From the NCBI GenBank assembly GCA_022813865.1, contig JALDZX010000003.1, positions 186,001 to 250,000 on the forward strand: a stretch of DNA of 64,000 bases, in the 5' to 3' direction. The DNA is from Xylographa opegraphella (Eukaryota). The position numbers and the translations under genes were made by a program. Shown here piece after piece: positions 1 through 11,533 of the stretch; positions within the stretch are counted from its first letter, which is position 1; every line of letters begins with the position of its first letter. The notes under the pieces were generated by a model. It was not told where the DNA came from, ran no database searches, and saw nothing but the letters and a program-made list of their open reading frames with translations.

Positions 1-1757
1 CCATGTTGCGACTCAAGGGGAGCTGGGAAACATGACAAACGGGGTCAATGGTGGAAGCTTGAATGCTGCGGCTGTTGCTTCCTCTCAGCAGCCCAAGGTC
101 GTTCAGACCGCGTTTATCCATAAACTATACAAGTCAGGGCTGTGTCAAATGTCCCACTGAAAGCTAAACTGACAACGAGACATAGCATGCTCGAGGATCG
201 CAGTATACAAAATCTAATATCCTGGTCGAGTTCGAACGAGAGCTTCGTCATGTCCCCGTCGCCTGACTTCTCCAAAGTCCTCGCGTGAGTAACTGATTTG
301 TATGGCGTCCATTCTAGGCTGCACTAACGTACCGTAGTCAATATTTTAAGCACACAAACATTTCGTCTTTCGTAAGGCAGCTCAACATGTATGGATTCCA
401 CAAAGGTACAGTGCAACATCCAGACCGGAGTGAGCAAGCACTGACGGCCTCTACAGTGAGCGATGTCTTCCACACCGGTGCTCCGGAATCAACCCTTTGG
501 GAGTTCAAGCATGGTAATGGTAATTTCAAAAGAGGCGACTTGGCTGGACTTCGGGATATCAAACGTCGCGCTTCACGACACGCACTGATCCATCGAGACT
601 CTTTCTCATCACCTCATAAGCCCAGTGTTTCCCAGCCAGGGACACCGGCCGAGCCCATGCCGGAGGCCGGCGATATGCGACTTCAAAGCATCGAACACAA
701 CCTGTATGAGATACATTCGAGATTGATGCGCACAGAGGAGAGCAATTCGGCCCTCAGTTCGAAATGCTTGATGTTGAGTGATAGCCTATCTCGATGCCAT
801 CAGGTAGGCAATCCTGTCGATGTTTGGACTGCATCGCTAATAGGACCAAGTGGGCCTCAGATTTGGCACATGTTGTGATAAGACTGATTCCCGACAAAGA
901 TAGCCAGGCGTTTCGAGATGGTGAGTATCATCGTTTTCGTTCATCGGGGTGGAAGCTAAAGCGCTCCAGCATCAATAATCCGAAAAGATATCCAGAGGCA
1001 GCTTGAGATGGTCAGAGGCCTAGAAGACTCACATGAGAATCTGCTGTCAGGAAGGCAACCTTACTTTTCGAGTATGGCAATCGATGGCGCGCCACTCTCT
1101 CCTCGCCAAGCTCCTCAGGACGATCGACGTCCTTCGCTTCATGGTGCACTGCCGCGACCGAACTTCTTCCGTCCACCGGTTCCTACGCATCTCAACATAT
1201 CACCTCGTCGCTATGGTTCTATTGGAGGAGCAAACCCTTCTCCATCTTTCCACCGCCCCTCGATACCTCCGCAACCCCCACCGGTGTCTCAGCATCCTCT
1301 TGCATCTGTGTGTGAACCAGGTCCGAATCTAGCAAGACGACACACGTCCGCCGATATTCGAGCTCCGGCTGGATGGCCACCCCAAGCCGGATCCCCATAC
1401 GAGTCTGGCCAAAATTCGAGTCATTGGCCTTCATCGCCGAACCGGACGCCCAATCCCGGTGATCAACAAGTGCGTGACGTTTTGGCTCAATATGAGCTTG
1501 GTGGTCCTCGCCGAGTTGTTGACTCCCGGCAACCGACTCCCCCCCTTACTAATGAAACACAACCTACGACGGGCCCAGAAGGCAGTTGGCCCTACGGCGG
1601 CTCCAAATTCCCTACGAGACTTCTAGATTCCGCTCCTCAAACACGACGTTCAAGTATGGCTAGTAATGTACATTCTCTGCTAAATCCGGCTGAGACGGTG
1701 GAAAAAGACGAGGACGACGCTGCAGGTGACGATAGAAAGCGGAAGAGATTACAATGA
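1..1757 (+). CDS. HSF-type DNA-binding transcription factor (Sfl1/Hsf2-like), 5'-truncated, multi-exon
   Basis: Spliced translation gives TAFIHKLYNMLED...ISWSSSNESFV...YFKHTNISSFVRQLNMYGFHKV...WEFKHGNGNFKRG (HSF domain), then a coiled coil and a Pro/Ser-rich tail ending RKRKRLQ*. GT-AG introns start near 133, 285, 406, 804 and 921. Confidence 0.93.
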
Positions 1758-2467
1758 CAGCCATCTGTCTATGATGAATGCTTTGTCCTAGAGCCAGTCG
1801 GCATAAGGCGTATATGAAAGCACGGCTTGGATATACATGGAAAAAATAATAATGGTGCTCTATTGACAATTCGGGAGGTGGTGGTTTTTTATCTTTGCCG
1901 TGTTGTCGTCTGTGCCCCAGCATGTACTGGGGTCATTTTATATAGGGCTTGGGGCTTGAATTTGTAAAGTATTGGGTGGTTCGTGCTGGAATAGCTTTCA
2001 TGTCGCCTGGTCGTTGGAGACTAAGGCCTATGAGTCTGAACAGTCTGCCCTCCATTTCTGCTCTAGTCATTATAACATTCGATTGTACGAGTCGGGCGTC
2101 CCCTCTGATATGCGACTGTTGGGTGCTACCGTTCATATGAAGGCGTCGAAAACTCCTACTATTAAACAAATAATATGGAAGATCGTATTCAATGTATACC
2201 ATTCACAAGAGTCTGCATTCGTGGGCACACGGTCGACTTTGGGTTCCCATTGCATCACGGGTATATGAGAGAGTGGTCTCTCGAATTCCAGAAATTCAAA
2301 CAACGACTCTGTATGGAAATCCTGTTGTGCTAGAAAACTCCGGGCTCCTTGTGCTGCTCTATGCCTGGGATTGGGAATTTGACACAGTCTTATGCTCCTG
2401 TGCCAACTTTCTTCCCATCTTCAATATCGAAGACGTAGCTGAGCTAAAAATAAGAGTTACAACTGGT

Positions 2468-3192
2468 CTACTCAGGTGCCACTGTTTGCTGAACCAAGGC
2501 ACTGCCTCCTTTCTTCTTCTTCTTTTTCCGTAGCTTCTCCGCTAATACCTCGTCAAGATAAGTGCTTCTTCGCTTCGCCGACGAGCCGGAACCAATCCCT
2601 CTGGTGTTGGAACGATGAAGCGGCTCATTCTCGTCACCGCGTCCCTCCCCTGGTTCGGCGTCCAGCGAACCGGCCTCGAGTTTCCGCTTCGGCTTTCCCA
2701 GCGAAGACCTCCCGAACTCCTCCTGCTCCTCATCCACCACCCGCTTTGTGACAACCGGCCGTGGCTTGCTGCCCATGGCGAACTTTCCGAAATCTTTCTT
2801 CGCGGCAGATCCAGCGCTCCCACACAACTTTGCAAACTCCTTTCCGAGTAATTGCTTCCGTAGCTTATCGTTGGAACTTATCTCCTGGCGTCTCTCGTCG
2901 CCGCTTTTGATTTCCTGCGGCAACGGCGCCCCGAGTCCGAGCCTGAAGGGAAAGAAAAATCAGTCACAAAACGAACCGCGAGTGAGACGGGAGTGAGATA
3001 TGCGGACAGTTCGGGTACGGGCGCAAACATCTCCTGCTCATCCCGCTCGACCTCTGCTTCGGACTTTGCATTGCGGAGCTCCTCCTCTGTTCGTGGGGGC
3101 AGCCATGATGCGATGAGGCGTTGGCTTTTGGCTAGTGCGACGTTGGCGCGGTTGAAAATGATGTCTGCTTCGTTTGCTGTAGGAGCAGGCAT
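2468..3192 (-). CDS. DUF3245-like conserved fungal protein
   Basis: N-terminus DIIFNRANVALAKSQRLIASWLPP; one intron at about 2943-3007 joins to LGLGAP..., NDKLRKQLLGK and YLDEVLAEKLRKKKKKK. Confidence 0.8.
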
Positions 3193-3398
3193 ATCCGCGT
3201 GTCCCTGTAGATTATTGAACTCGTGCTTCTGATTTTGCTATTGTCAACTGCGCGGCTCTGGCTCATCTACTTGGATTTGCGCCTACCTCGGCAAACCTTG
3301 TCCTTGGCGCCCGACCTCATCCTTGCTGTTCTGAGAGCTCGAACGACTGCATTGATACCCTATTTTTACCGGGCAATCGCTTGTCGTTGCCTGTAGTC

Positions 3399-5161
3399 AT
3401 GTACAAACTTGCTCGTAGTCGGCCGTTGGCTGCTGCTCTACGAGCAGCAAAGGTTAATCGGAAGCTACCACTCCCTCCTGGAATTGGCTGACTCTTTATA
3501 TAGGACAATTCGTCCAGGAGCTCATTGGTACAACAAAAGCGCGCTCTTTCGGTACACGAGTATCTCTCCGCTCGCCTTCTCAAAAGCGTATGTGTTCCAC
3601 TGCATAAATTCAAAGGTCTTAATCTTATGACAAAAGTATGGTATCGGCGTACCCAAGGGCGAAGTTGCCCGCTCAGCAGCGGAGGCGGAGACGGTAGCGA
3701 AGAGCATAGGTACATGAGGGAACCCTCAAGTGGTGAACGTTGAGTTATTGGCTAATGTTGCTTAGGCGGTGATGACATGGTCATCAAGGCACAGGTACTT
3801 GCGGGTGGTCGAGGAAAAGGCACATTCGACAATGGTCTGAAAGGAGGAGTCAGAGTGATCTACTCGTAAGATGCTCGCGAATATCACAAAAACCAGATTG
3901 GAGCTAAGAAGCTTTACAATAGACCCACCGAAGCCAAGATGTTCGCCGACCAGATGATTGGCCATAAGCTCATGACCAAGCAAACGGGCGCTGCCGGTCG
4001 TCTCTGCAATTCCGTCTACATTTGCGAGCGCAAGTTTGCGCGCAGAGAATTCTACTTGGCTATACTTATGGATCGAGCGTCACAAGGGCCTGTCATCATC
4101 GCATCGTCACAAGGAGGCATGGACATTGAGACGGTGGCCAAGGAGAATCCTGATGCTATCATAACAACATATATCGATATTCACAAAGGTGTGACGGATG
4201 AAATGGCGCGAAAGGTTGCCACTGAGCTTGGTTTTTCCGAGCAGTGCATAGAGGATGCCAAGGACACGGTCCAGAAGCTGTACAAAGTGTTTATGGAGAA
4301 GGATGCAACGCAGATCGAGATCAATCCTCTCTCGGAGACGTCAGACCATCAAGTCCTGGCTATGGACGCGAAATTGTCATTCGATGATAACGCGGAGTTT
4401 AGACAGAAGGAGATCTTTAGCTGGAGAGATACCACCCAGGAGGATGCCGATGAAGTGAAGGCCGCTGAGTGCGTTTGCACCGAATCTAGGGGGTTTCAAA
4501 AGCTCACATATGTTTAGATCTGGCCTCAACTTCATCAAGCTTGACGGAGATATCGGCTGTCTAGGTAGATGTATCTCCAAAAGTTTTCGTCCAACCGATA
4601 CTAACAGCTACTAAGTTAACGGCGCGGGTCTCGCAATGGCCACTATGGACATTATCAAGCTTAATGGTGGACAACCCGCCAACTTCCTCGATGTCGGTGG
4701 AGGAGCCACTCCTGCCGCGATCAAGCAAGCCTTCGACCTCATCACCAGCGACCCCAAAGTGACCGCGATATTCGTAAACATCTTTGGCGGCATCGTCAGA
4801 TGTGACGCCATCGCTCAAGGATTGATCAGCGTGGTCGAGAGCATGAACTTGAGAACGCCCATCGTCGCGCGCTTGCAAGGGACCAATATGGAGAAAGCGC
4901 ATAAACTGGTAGGCGGCTCACTGTGGTTTACCATCACCTAGCACTGAGGCGCTTCTGCTGACGCAAGGTACAGATCAACGAGTCGGGGCTGAAGATCTTC
5001 TCCATCGAAGACCTGCAAAGCGCGGCGGAGAAGTCGGTGCAGTTCTCCAAGGTGGTGAAGATGGGTATGCTGCCTTCCTGATCCCTGCCACTGGTACCCA
5101 ACTAATAAATGGCACAGCTCGAGATATCGATGTGGGCGTGGAATTCTCGTTAGGCATCTAG
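3399..5161 (+). CDS. LSC2: Succinyl-CoA ligase beta subunit, mitochondrial
   Basis: Motifs [63 protein letters not shown] and [10 protein letters not shown]; multiple GT-AG introns; Arg/Ala-rich presequence from ATG 3399. Confidence 0.97.
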
Positions 5162-5980
5162 GAGCGCCGCAGAGGTGCGCTTTCTCTGCTGCTGGTTTCT
5201 AATGCTCTTTCCGTGGGTCCCGTCTCCTGTATCAGCGTCTTTTGCTTCTGCGTCAGCTGGCCTCGGTGTCGTAGCGAGTACCCCTGCCTAGAAACAAGAC
5301 CGCTAAAAATATTCTTTCCGTGCCACTAGTGTATCAAGGCAGTGTACTCATTGCTAGCCACGGGTGACACGATCCTTCGGAGGAAACGAGATGAAGCACC
5401 CGTTACGCAATTTGTCGATGTGTATAATCCACCCTGTCTGCTCCTGCGCTCCTACCCTCTCATCTCCTGCTCCCCCTACCCTCTCACCCTCCATCCCCCC
5501 CCCCCAGGGGCTGTTTACAAAGCAACAATAACTCCCCTCCCCCGTCATCTAACAAATATACCCGGAACCCTTCTTGCACGTGAGATTTCTATCCTTCAAG
5601 TCTCCTCCCTCCTCCCTAAACGCTTCTGTGTTCACACCTTAGCGTAGTTCGAATCCCTGTGGTGCCTTCCGTGCTCGTTGTCGGTTCGCCCATGGGTCTT
5701 TTTGGGAGCCTCGACGGGAGGATTGGTTGTGGGTGGGTGGGTGTTTTTTTGGTAGGGCGCGTGCGAGGGGGACGGGGTGGAGGTTGAGGTGTGTTGAGGT
5801 GTGTTGTGGAGGAGAGTTGGGGGTTGTCTTAGTAAGGTCTTAGTAAGATGGAGAGCTGGTACGGGGCGGTTGTAGAGTGCTTGTATAGCGGGAAGGGTGG
5901 TTTGGGGTGTTGGTGGGTGGAGTGGGGGTGGTGGTGCTAGTCGTGTTGGGTGGGTGGAGGTGATGGGAAGGGGGAGATGT

Positions 5981-6052
5981 GATGCAGAGAAGTAGAGGTG
6001 ATGCAAAGGAGTAGAGGTGATGCAAAGGAGTAGACGTCATGCAGAGTAGAAG
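5981..6052. repeat. Minisatellite, about 3.7 copies of a 19-bp unit (GATGCAAAGGAGTAGAGGT)
   Basis: Tandem units read directly at 5981, 6000, 6019 and 6038. Confidence 0.8.
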
Positions 6053-6194
6053 CCGATACGGAGGCGTAGACTCCATAGGCAACATGCAATGCGTCAATAC
6101 AATACATTACAAACGCGACTACTCACCCAGGTATTGCACTAAAAGAAAAGCCCAACAGCAAAGGTATATAAATTATTAAAAGACATCCCTCTTC

Positions 6195-6430
6195 ATAGTA
6201 TTAGGAGCAGGCGGTTACACCGGGTAATTCAGGTCAAACTCCTAACCTACAGCGACAACGAGCCCTCGCCTAAAAAATCCCCCCGAAACAGACGCTTCCC
6301 ACGATTCCATGTCCCCACGGGTTCGATTCCCGCCTCCAATTCCGAGAACCGACTTTCGGTGCTAAAAACCAAGCCTCGACAACTGGCTGAGTTTCTTAAC
6401 CCCCCACTCGGGTTAAGTTTTTGGCTTTTT
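6195..6430 (+). ncRNA. Candidate Pol III-transcribed structured ncRNA (not a tRNA)
   Basis: TATATAAA at 6165, A-box-like TAGGAGCAGGCGG at 6202, perfect B-box GGTTCGATTCC at 6320-6330, T5 runs at 6418 and 6426, several hairpins. No acceptor stem, so it does not fold as a cloverleaf. Confidence 0.5.
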
Positions 6431-6566
6431 GCTCCCTGGATTTTTTGGGTCTTTGTGTTTGTTGGTCTCTGTGGGAGTAGTGCAAGGGGTCTTTGGCTCT
6501 GGCGGGTGCCATTTGGAACGGTCGGTGTTGATTGGCCCTGAGAGTGGTGCTAGGAAGCGGCCGCAC

Positions 6567-7889
6567 TCATATTTCCACAACCAATGGGTCTTCGCCCCGC
6601 TTCTCCCTCCACGCATTGCTCGCGTCAATAAGGTCTGTCGCTCCCCGGAATATCCAACCCCACTTCTGCAAGAAGCCTGCTGTGAACTCCAGTTGCTTGC
6701 GTCCCACGGGTCGGCCCACACCAACACCCCACTCATCTCTTTTTCCGGTTCACCCTCCGCTTTTCCATGTACAACCAGGCTGGAGGGGTCCCACTCCATT
6801 CCCAGGACCTCACGATTGCGGCCCTCCCTGCAGATCTCTCCGACGATATCGCTGCAGACATCATGGTTGTTGATAGCGGTACCCGCCCGGATGAGGTTGT
6901 CGCGGACCACGGGGTGCGGAAAGATGTCAATCCATGGGAGATGTGGAGTCGAGAGTTGGAGGAGAGTAGGCCGTAGAGAGGGTGGGACGAGGCTTGGTGG
7001 AGGAGGGACGGCAGGCGGTGCGGAGGGGGATGGGAAGAAGATGGAGGTCAGGTGCAGGAGGGAGATGTTGGTGACGATACCGCGGAAAACGTTGAACTGG
7101 ACGAGGGTGAGGAGGTGGTCGGAGGATAGCGGGAAGTGGTTCGGGATGGTGGCCATAGTTGTCTTGCTTGATGAAGAGGGTGGGCCGAGCGAGAGATGAG
7201 AGGAGGCCGATGGACGGAGGGGGAGGGGGTCAGATGTGGGCGTTTGCGAGGATTTTGGGAGGCCAATGTCGAGAGAGGGATCTAGTGAAACCGGGAGGGG
7301 GTAGGGAATCGTCTGGGTAGTTCCTTCCGTGCGAGCGGGTGGCATTTGGTGGTGCCGGTACAGAGGAAGGTGTACCGGAGGGCGTGAGAGCGTCTGAAAG
7401 GTTGGAGCAGTCACAGAGTGGGGCAGCCCTCCAGAAGCAGGAGACTGATTGGGTGGGGGCATCAAGGGTATGGTGGAGGTGGAGGAGAGCTCTGCGGAGG
7501 CATGACCTGCGGATCGCTCACCTGCCTCGATCCTTCGGCGGCCTTGGTCACGTCAGTTTCCGAATCGATGCTTTTTGAACATATTTCACTCTCGGCAATG
7601 GGTATAGTCCATGCGGCTCACACATAACATAATCACGCGAACCGACAGCTAAGAAGATTGGATTACAGCAGGTACACAAGACATTGGGCAAACCAAAAAC
7701 AATAATTCGGTCGATCAAAGAAAAGTTCCACTGACGATAGGCCCTCTGATTCAACCGATTCTGCCTCCTCCTTCTGGCAGCCTTGTCGGAGAGGCCTGTC
7801 CAATCGTCATCTCTGTCCTTGGCCTCGACAAGCTGACGCTTCGGCTCGGGGCGCAGTACCCCGAGATAGCCAGTCGACGGAACGCTCAT
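6567..7889 (-). CDS. bZIP-like transcription factor with DUF3425 domain; one frameshift near 6690 (pseudogene or sequence error)
   Basis: DDDWTGLSDKAARRRRQNRLNQRAYR basic region; intron 7543-7735; DHLLTLVQFNVFRG, LRPTLLQLSTPHLPWIDIFPHPVVRDNLI and WADPWDASNW; the conserved tail EFTAGFLQKWGWIF...NAWREKRGEDPL lies in a shifted frame. Confidence 0.85.
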
Positions 7890-8921
7890 TGTTGAGGCGC
7901 CGATTGCGAGAGCTAGAAAGACCTACGAGGGGAGGACGAGAGATACTATCAAAGGGGTTCAACGACAGAGGGTACACATTGATAAGTCATTCGCGGATGA
8001 CTACTGTGCGTCGTTCGCCAGAGGTGTGACGTTCAGTTTGGGTGAGCGAGCGCTAGAATATATCATTATGAAGGATACAGAACTTTGAAGTTCACAGTCA
8101 AGAACGAAACGATAGAACGGCGTTGGAATTGGAAGCAGAAGAGGTTGTGATTGCACCTCTTTCAGCTCTGTCGTGCGCCCTGCCTAAGCGCTAGCACTGT
8201 CTCTGGTCTAGCGTCACCTAGACAGGCGGCTAAATTATGCTCGGCTAAGGCATGTGGCACTACGGGTGCCTTAGCGCCTCCTGAAGTATCCTGTGCGGAG
8301 GAAGGCTGACATGGATATGAATAGCTTTGGACTGTTTTCTACCCGGTAGCAAGACCAGCGCACTTGCTGGTCGGTGACAGAATTGCCAGCCGGCCTCAGA
8401 AGGATGGGGTCCATACAGTACACAAGAGGAGACTGGAGTCATCTGTCTCTCCAAAAGCGGTGTATGGAGTAAAGCTCGTGGAACACAGGCTATATGATAC
8501 CTATTTCCAGTAGACTCAATTGTCTGATCTCGTATCTTTGGGCTGCTCTCGTTTGATCGGCTACATGGTTGGCAATTCAGTGCTTTCCGGGGCCCTGTTG
8601 GTTCAGTCTTGGATAGCCTTCACAGTGCATCGTTGCGTATGGTTCCAGCTGTTCATCAAGCACTAAATACGTCCTTCTTCAACAACATTTATGCCCGCAG
8701 CTGAGTAGTAGTTGAGATTATTGGACAGTAAGAGGTCAGAATTCATGTTATATATGAAGGAACTGTCGGCGTTCCATGTCTGGGATCAAGGAATATAGTG
8801 GTGATGCATCAAGTTTGTCATGTTACTACGCGTCATTTCTTCTTGGAGCATGCTTTTCAAATTTTTCAAGAGACACCATGCTCTGCTTCCCTACTTTACA
8901 CCCCCAACCTCACCACATACC

Positions 8922-9406
8922 TTAGCCACATGGCCCAAAACAAACCGACAGAAAGAAATGCTCCAAATTCGCCGCCAACGCCATCACAATTGGTTTGACA
9001 TTCTCACGATGAACCCTCATATTGACGTTGATCCTGGTGCCCATCACGCGACAATCGATCCCAGTCTCGTTAAGCTCTTGCTCCATCGGCGACAGAGGAG
9101 CATGATCGTGTTCCATGATGAAGGCGGAGTCGGTGAGGAAGAGATGCTTGAGCCTTGCGTGGAGAGACTCCAGGGTGACATCGTGCGGGTCGACCATGAT
9201 CATATCCCAGATATCGGAGTTGAAGGGGTAGTAGAGACGAAGGTATTGGACTCTGACGAGGATCGGTACACGTCGGTCGACCGCTGACTGTGTTTAGCAT
9301 GGGAATAGAGAGGAGGATCACACGCCAGATTGGGAGCCTTACGATTTGCGAGTAGTGGTGTTATGACGGGTGCTGGAGCAGCTGGGTCAGTCTGAGCTGG
9401 GTCCAT
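8922..9406 (-). CDS. Small uncharacterised protein, paralog A of local family
   Basis: ATG 9406; phase-1 intron 9284-9342 (GTAAGG...GCTAAAC...CAG) gives ...RVPILVRVQY...DMIMVDPHDVTLESLHARLKHLFL...MRVHRENVKPIVMAL...FLSVCFGPCG*. Confidence 0.7.
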
Positions 9407-9495
9407 GTTCAGGAGCAGAAAACTGGTGTGAGGCGAGGACTGTTTGCACGAAGGGACTGAAGGAAGCGTGAGTTTGAGGGATGGTTTGAGTCTGC

Positions 9496-9648
9496 GAGAA
9501 GCGTGCGTGTGAGAAGAAGCGTGCGTGTGAGAAGAGGCGTGCGTGTGAGAAAAAGCGTGCGTGTGAGAAGAAGCGTGCGTGTAAGAAGAAGCGTGTAAGA
9601 AGAAGCATGTAAGAAGAAGCGTGGGCTCGAAAAGAAGCGTGGGTTTGA
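9496..9648. repeat. Minisatellite, 18-bp unit GAAGCGTGCGTGTGAGAA, about 5 good plus degenerate copies
   Basis: Read directly; it produces the spurious HARFFS/TLLLTR repeat ORFs. Confidence 0.9.
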
Positions 9649-10165
9649 GATCACGCCGTGCTAGACTGCAATCACTGACACCGTGTCAGACCCAAGCCGC
9701 AGCCTCATTCACCCAAATTAAAACCGCAAGTGTGTCTAACGTGTTTTCACATCTCTCAAACTAAGAATACTTGCACATATCATTTTCAGCAGATTCGTGT
9801 TGCTGATATCTTGTCAAATGTCCTTCTCAAATAGGTGACGTTTTTTGTTGTCTACGCAGCGATACAGACGTTTGTTTCTTGCTGCAGTCATTCTTTCATA
9901 CATGCAATCAGCTGCGGCGAAAACGTTCACAATCGGTCACAGCCAAATGAGCACATGTCCTCTTTCCGTCCCATTGATATAAGCACAGTCCCAACCCACC
10001 TGTTCAATCCGTGGCTCTACCTGTCACAATCAGCTCAGAAGCGTACCTTCTTAACCAGAAGTTTACTCCATCCACTTCATGCCACCCAGCGAAGCCCTCT
10101 CTACACCCACGCCGGGCCTTCAAAGCCCCAACCGCTCCCACACCACTCGTCCCTCCATCCACACA

Positions 10166-10704
10166 ATGGCCAACCCTCCCTCCCAACCAAACGCCAACCC
10201 CCCAACCCAAACAACGCCTACCCCGGCCGCCCAAGCAATAGCCAGCGTTCCCATCCGGGTGCTCTGTACCCCTCCCCAGACCCCTTCCTCCACCCCCCTC
10301 AAAACTAACCCCACCTCTCAACAGACCCCCCCGCCACCATCATGGTCATCGCCCGCATCACCATCCCCCTGCCCACAACCTCCATCCCCACGACCAGAGA
10401 GCTGCGCGACATCCTAGTCATCGAGCCCGCGAAAGCCACCCTCGCGACCCTCCACGCCGCTCTCACGCGGCTCTTCCTCGACAACCCACGCTACCACGAC
10501 GCGCGCTACGTGGACACCAGCCATGCGGCTTATCTGGCCGTCCAGGTCCGCCGCGATACCCTAGCCTTGCAGGCCTTGGTCGCAAGTTGGATGCAGTACC
10601 CGCCGCGGATCAGGGTCTATGAGGGGAATGTGAGGGGCGTGCTGTGGGCGCTGGACCGGAAGGGGCCCAGGGGGTGTTTGGTGGTGGATTTTGGATTGGT
10701 GTGA
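10166..10704 (+). CDS. Small uncharacterised protein, paralog B of local family
   Basis: ATG 10166; phase-1 intron 10266-10324 (GTACCC...ACTAAC...CAG) gives ...ATIMVIARITI...DILVIEPAKATLATLHAALTRLFL...IRVYEGNVRGVLWAL...CLVVDFGLV*. Confidence 0.7.
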
Positions 10705-11439
10705 GGGGAGCGGGGTGGGAAAGATGGAAGTTTTGGGGGGAGGGGGGCGGGTGGTTGCGAAACACTGGCTTTTGGGGATTCCTGCTTTGCTGGCTGTCTT
10801 GCTTTTGGTTCTCACTTTTGTGAAGAGCTTGGATGTGTACCTTTCCTGTTTGCATGCAGTTTGGGCATGGGCTCCGACCTTAATTCAGGCGTACGGAGTA
10901 AGCAGCTGCCTAATTGGCCACTCTTTGACAGTACAGATATGTTTTAAAGCTTGACTGTAGCCAGGAGCTATCTTTCTACGGCGTGAACGGATGTAATTGC
11001 AACCAATTAGTATGCGTAGTGCAGAATACGCGGCTCATGTTGTTTAGACCAAGGCGTTCACATTAGCCGCGCGCGAACCTAGGCTGCATGGCAAACATTC
11101 AGGAGAGTTATCAGGCACTACTCGATACACGTGTGGACGACATCTTGAATAAGCTGTAATATCATAACGAATGTAAATTATCTGCTTGTATCGTGCAGCA
11201 CACAGCGAGTCTGTTCAGACCGGACTTATTCCACCATCCCAAATGCAACGGCTTTTAACACGTAATTTGGGGCATTGAGAACGACGGAGAGAAGAGCTGT
11301 AGCAAAGAGATGCGAGCGAACATCAGGTATTTCATGTGCGTTACTAGTGTACCAGACACAAGGCCATTGCTTCCTGTCCTCTTTTGTTGTCCTTTCAGAC
11401 GAAAAATGAAAGTTTGATATCGCTCATGGGCCAGAATTC

Positions 11440-11533
11440 CAACACGATGGTCCCTTCAACGCAATGGTCCTTTCAACGCAATGGCCCTTTCAACGCAATG
11501 GTCCCCTCAACGCAATGGTCCCTTCAACGCAAT
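11440..11533. repeat. Minisatellite, about 5.5 copies of 17-bp CAACGCAATGGTCCCTT
   Basis: Head-to-tail units at 11440, 11457, 11474, 11491, 11508 and 11525; no spacers. Confidence 0.92.

Noticed and set aside
5645..5657. Second B-box-like AGTTCGAATCC
   Set aside because: No T-stem, A-box or cloverleaf around it; may be chance.
5632..6097. Minus-strand His/Pro/Thr-rich ORFs
   Set aside because: They arise from G/T-rich low-complexity DNA and a 19-bp repeat; no domain and no convincing gene structure.
6195..6340. tRNA gene with long intron
   Set aside because: A T-arm is present, but the flanks (ATAGTAT vs CTCCAAT) do not form an acceptor stem and no anticodon arm is evident.
9387..9654. HARFFS / TLLLTR repeat ORFs
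   Set aside because: Translations of the 18-bp minisatellite with no other coding evidence.
11440..11533. CRISPR-like array
   Set aside because: Units are head-to-tail with no unique spacers, the context is eukaryotic, and there are no cas genes. It is a minisatellite.
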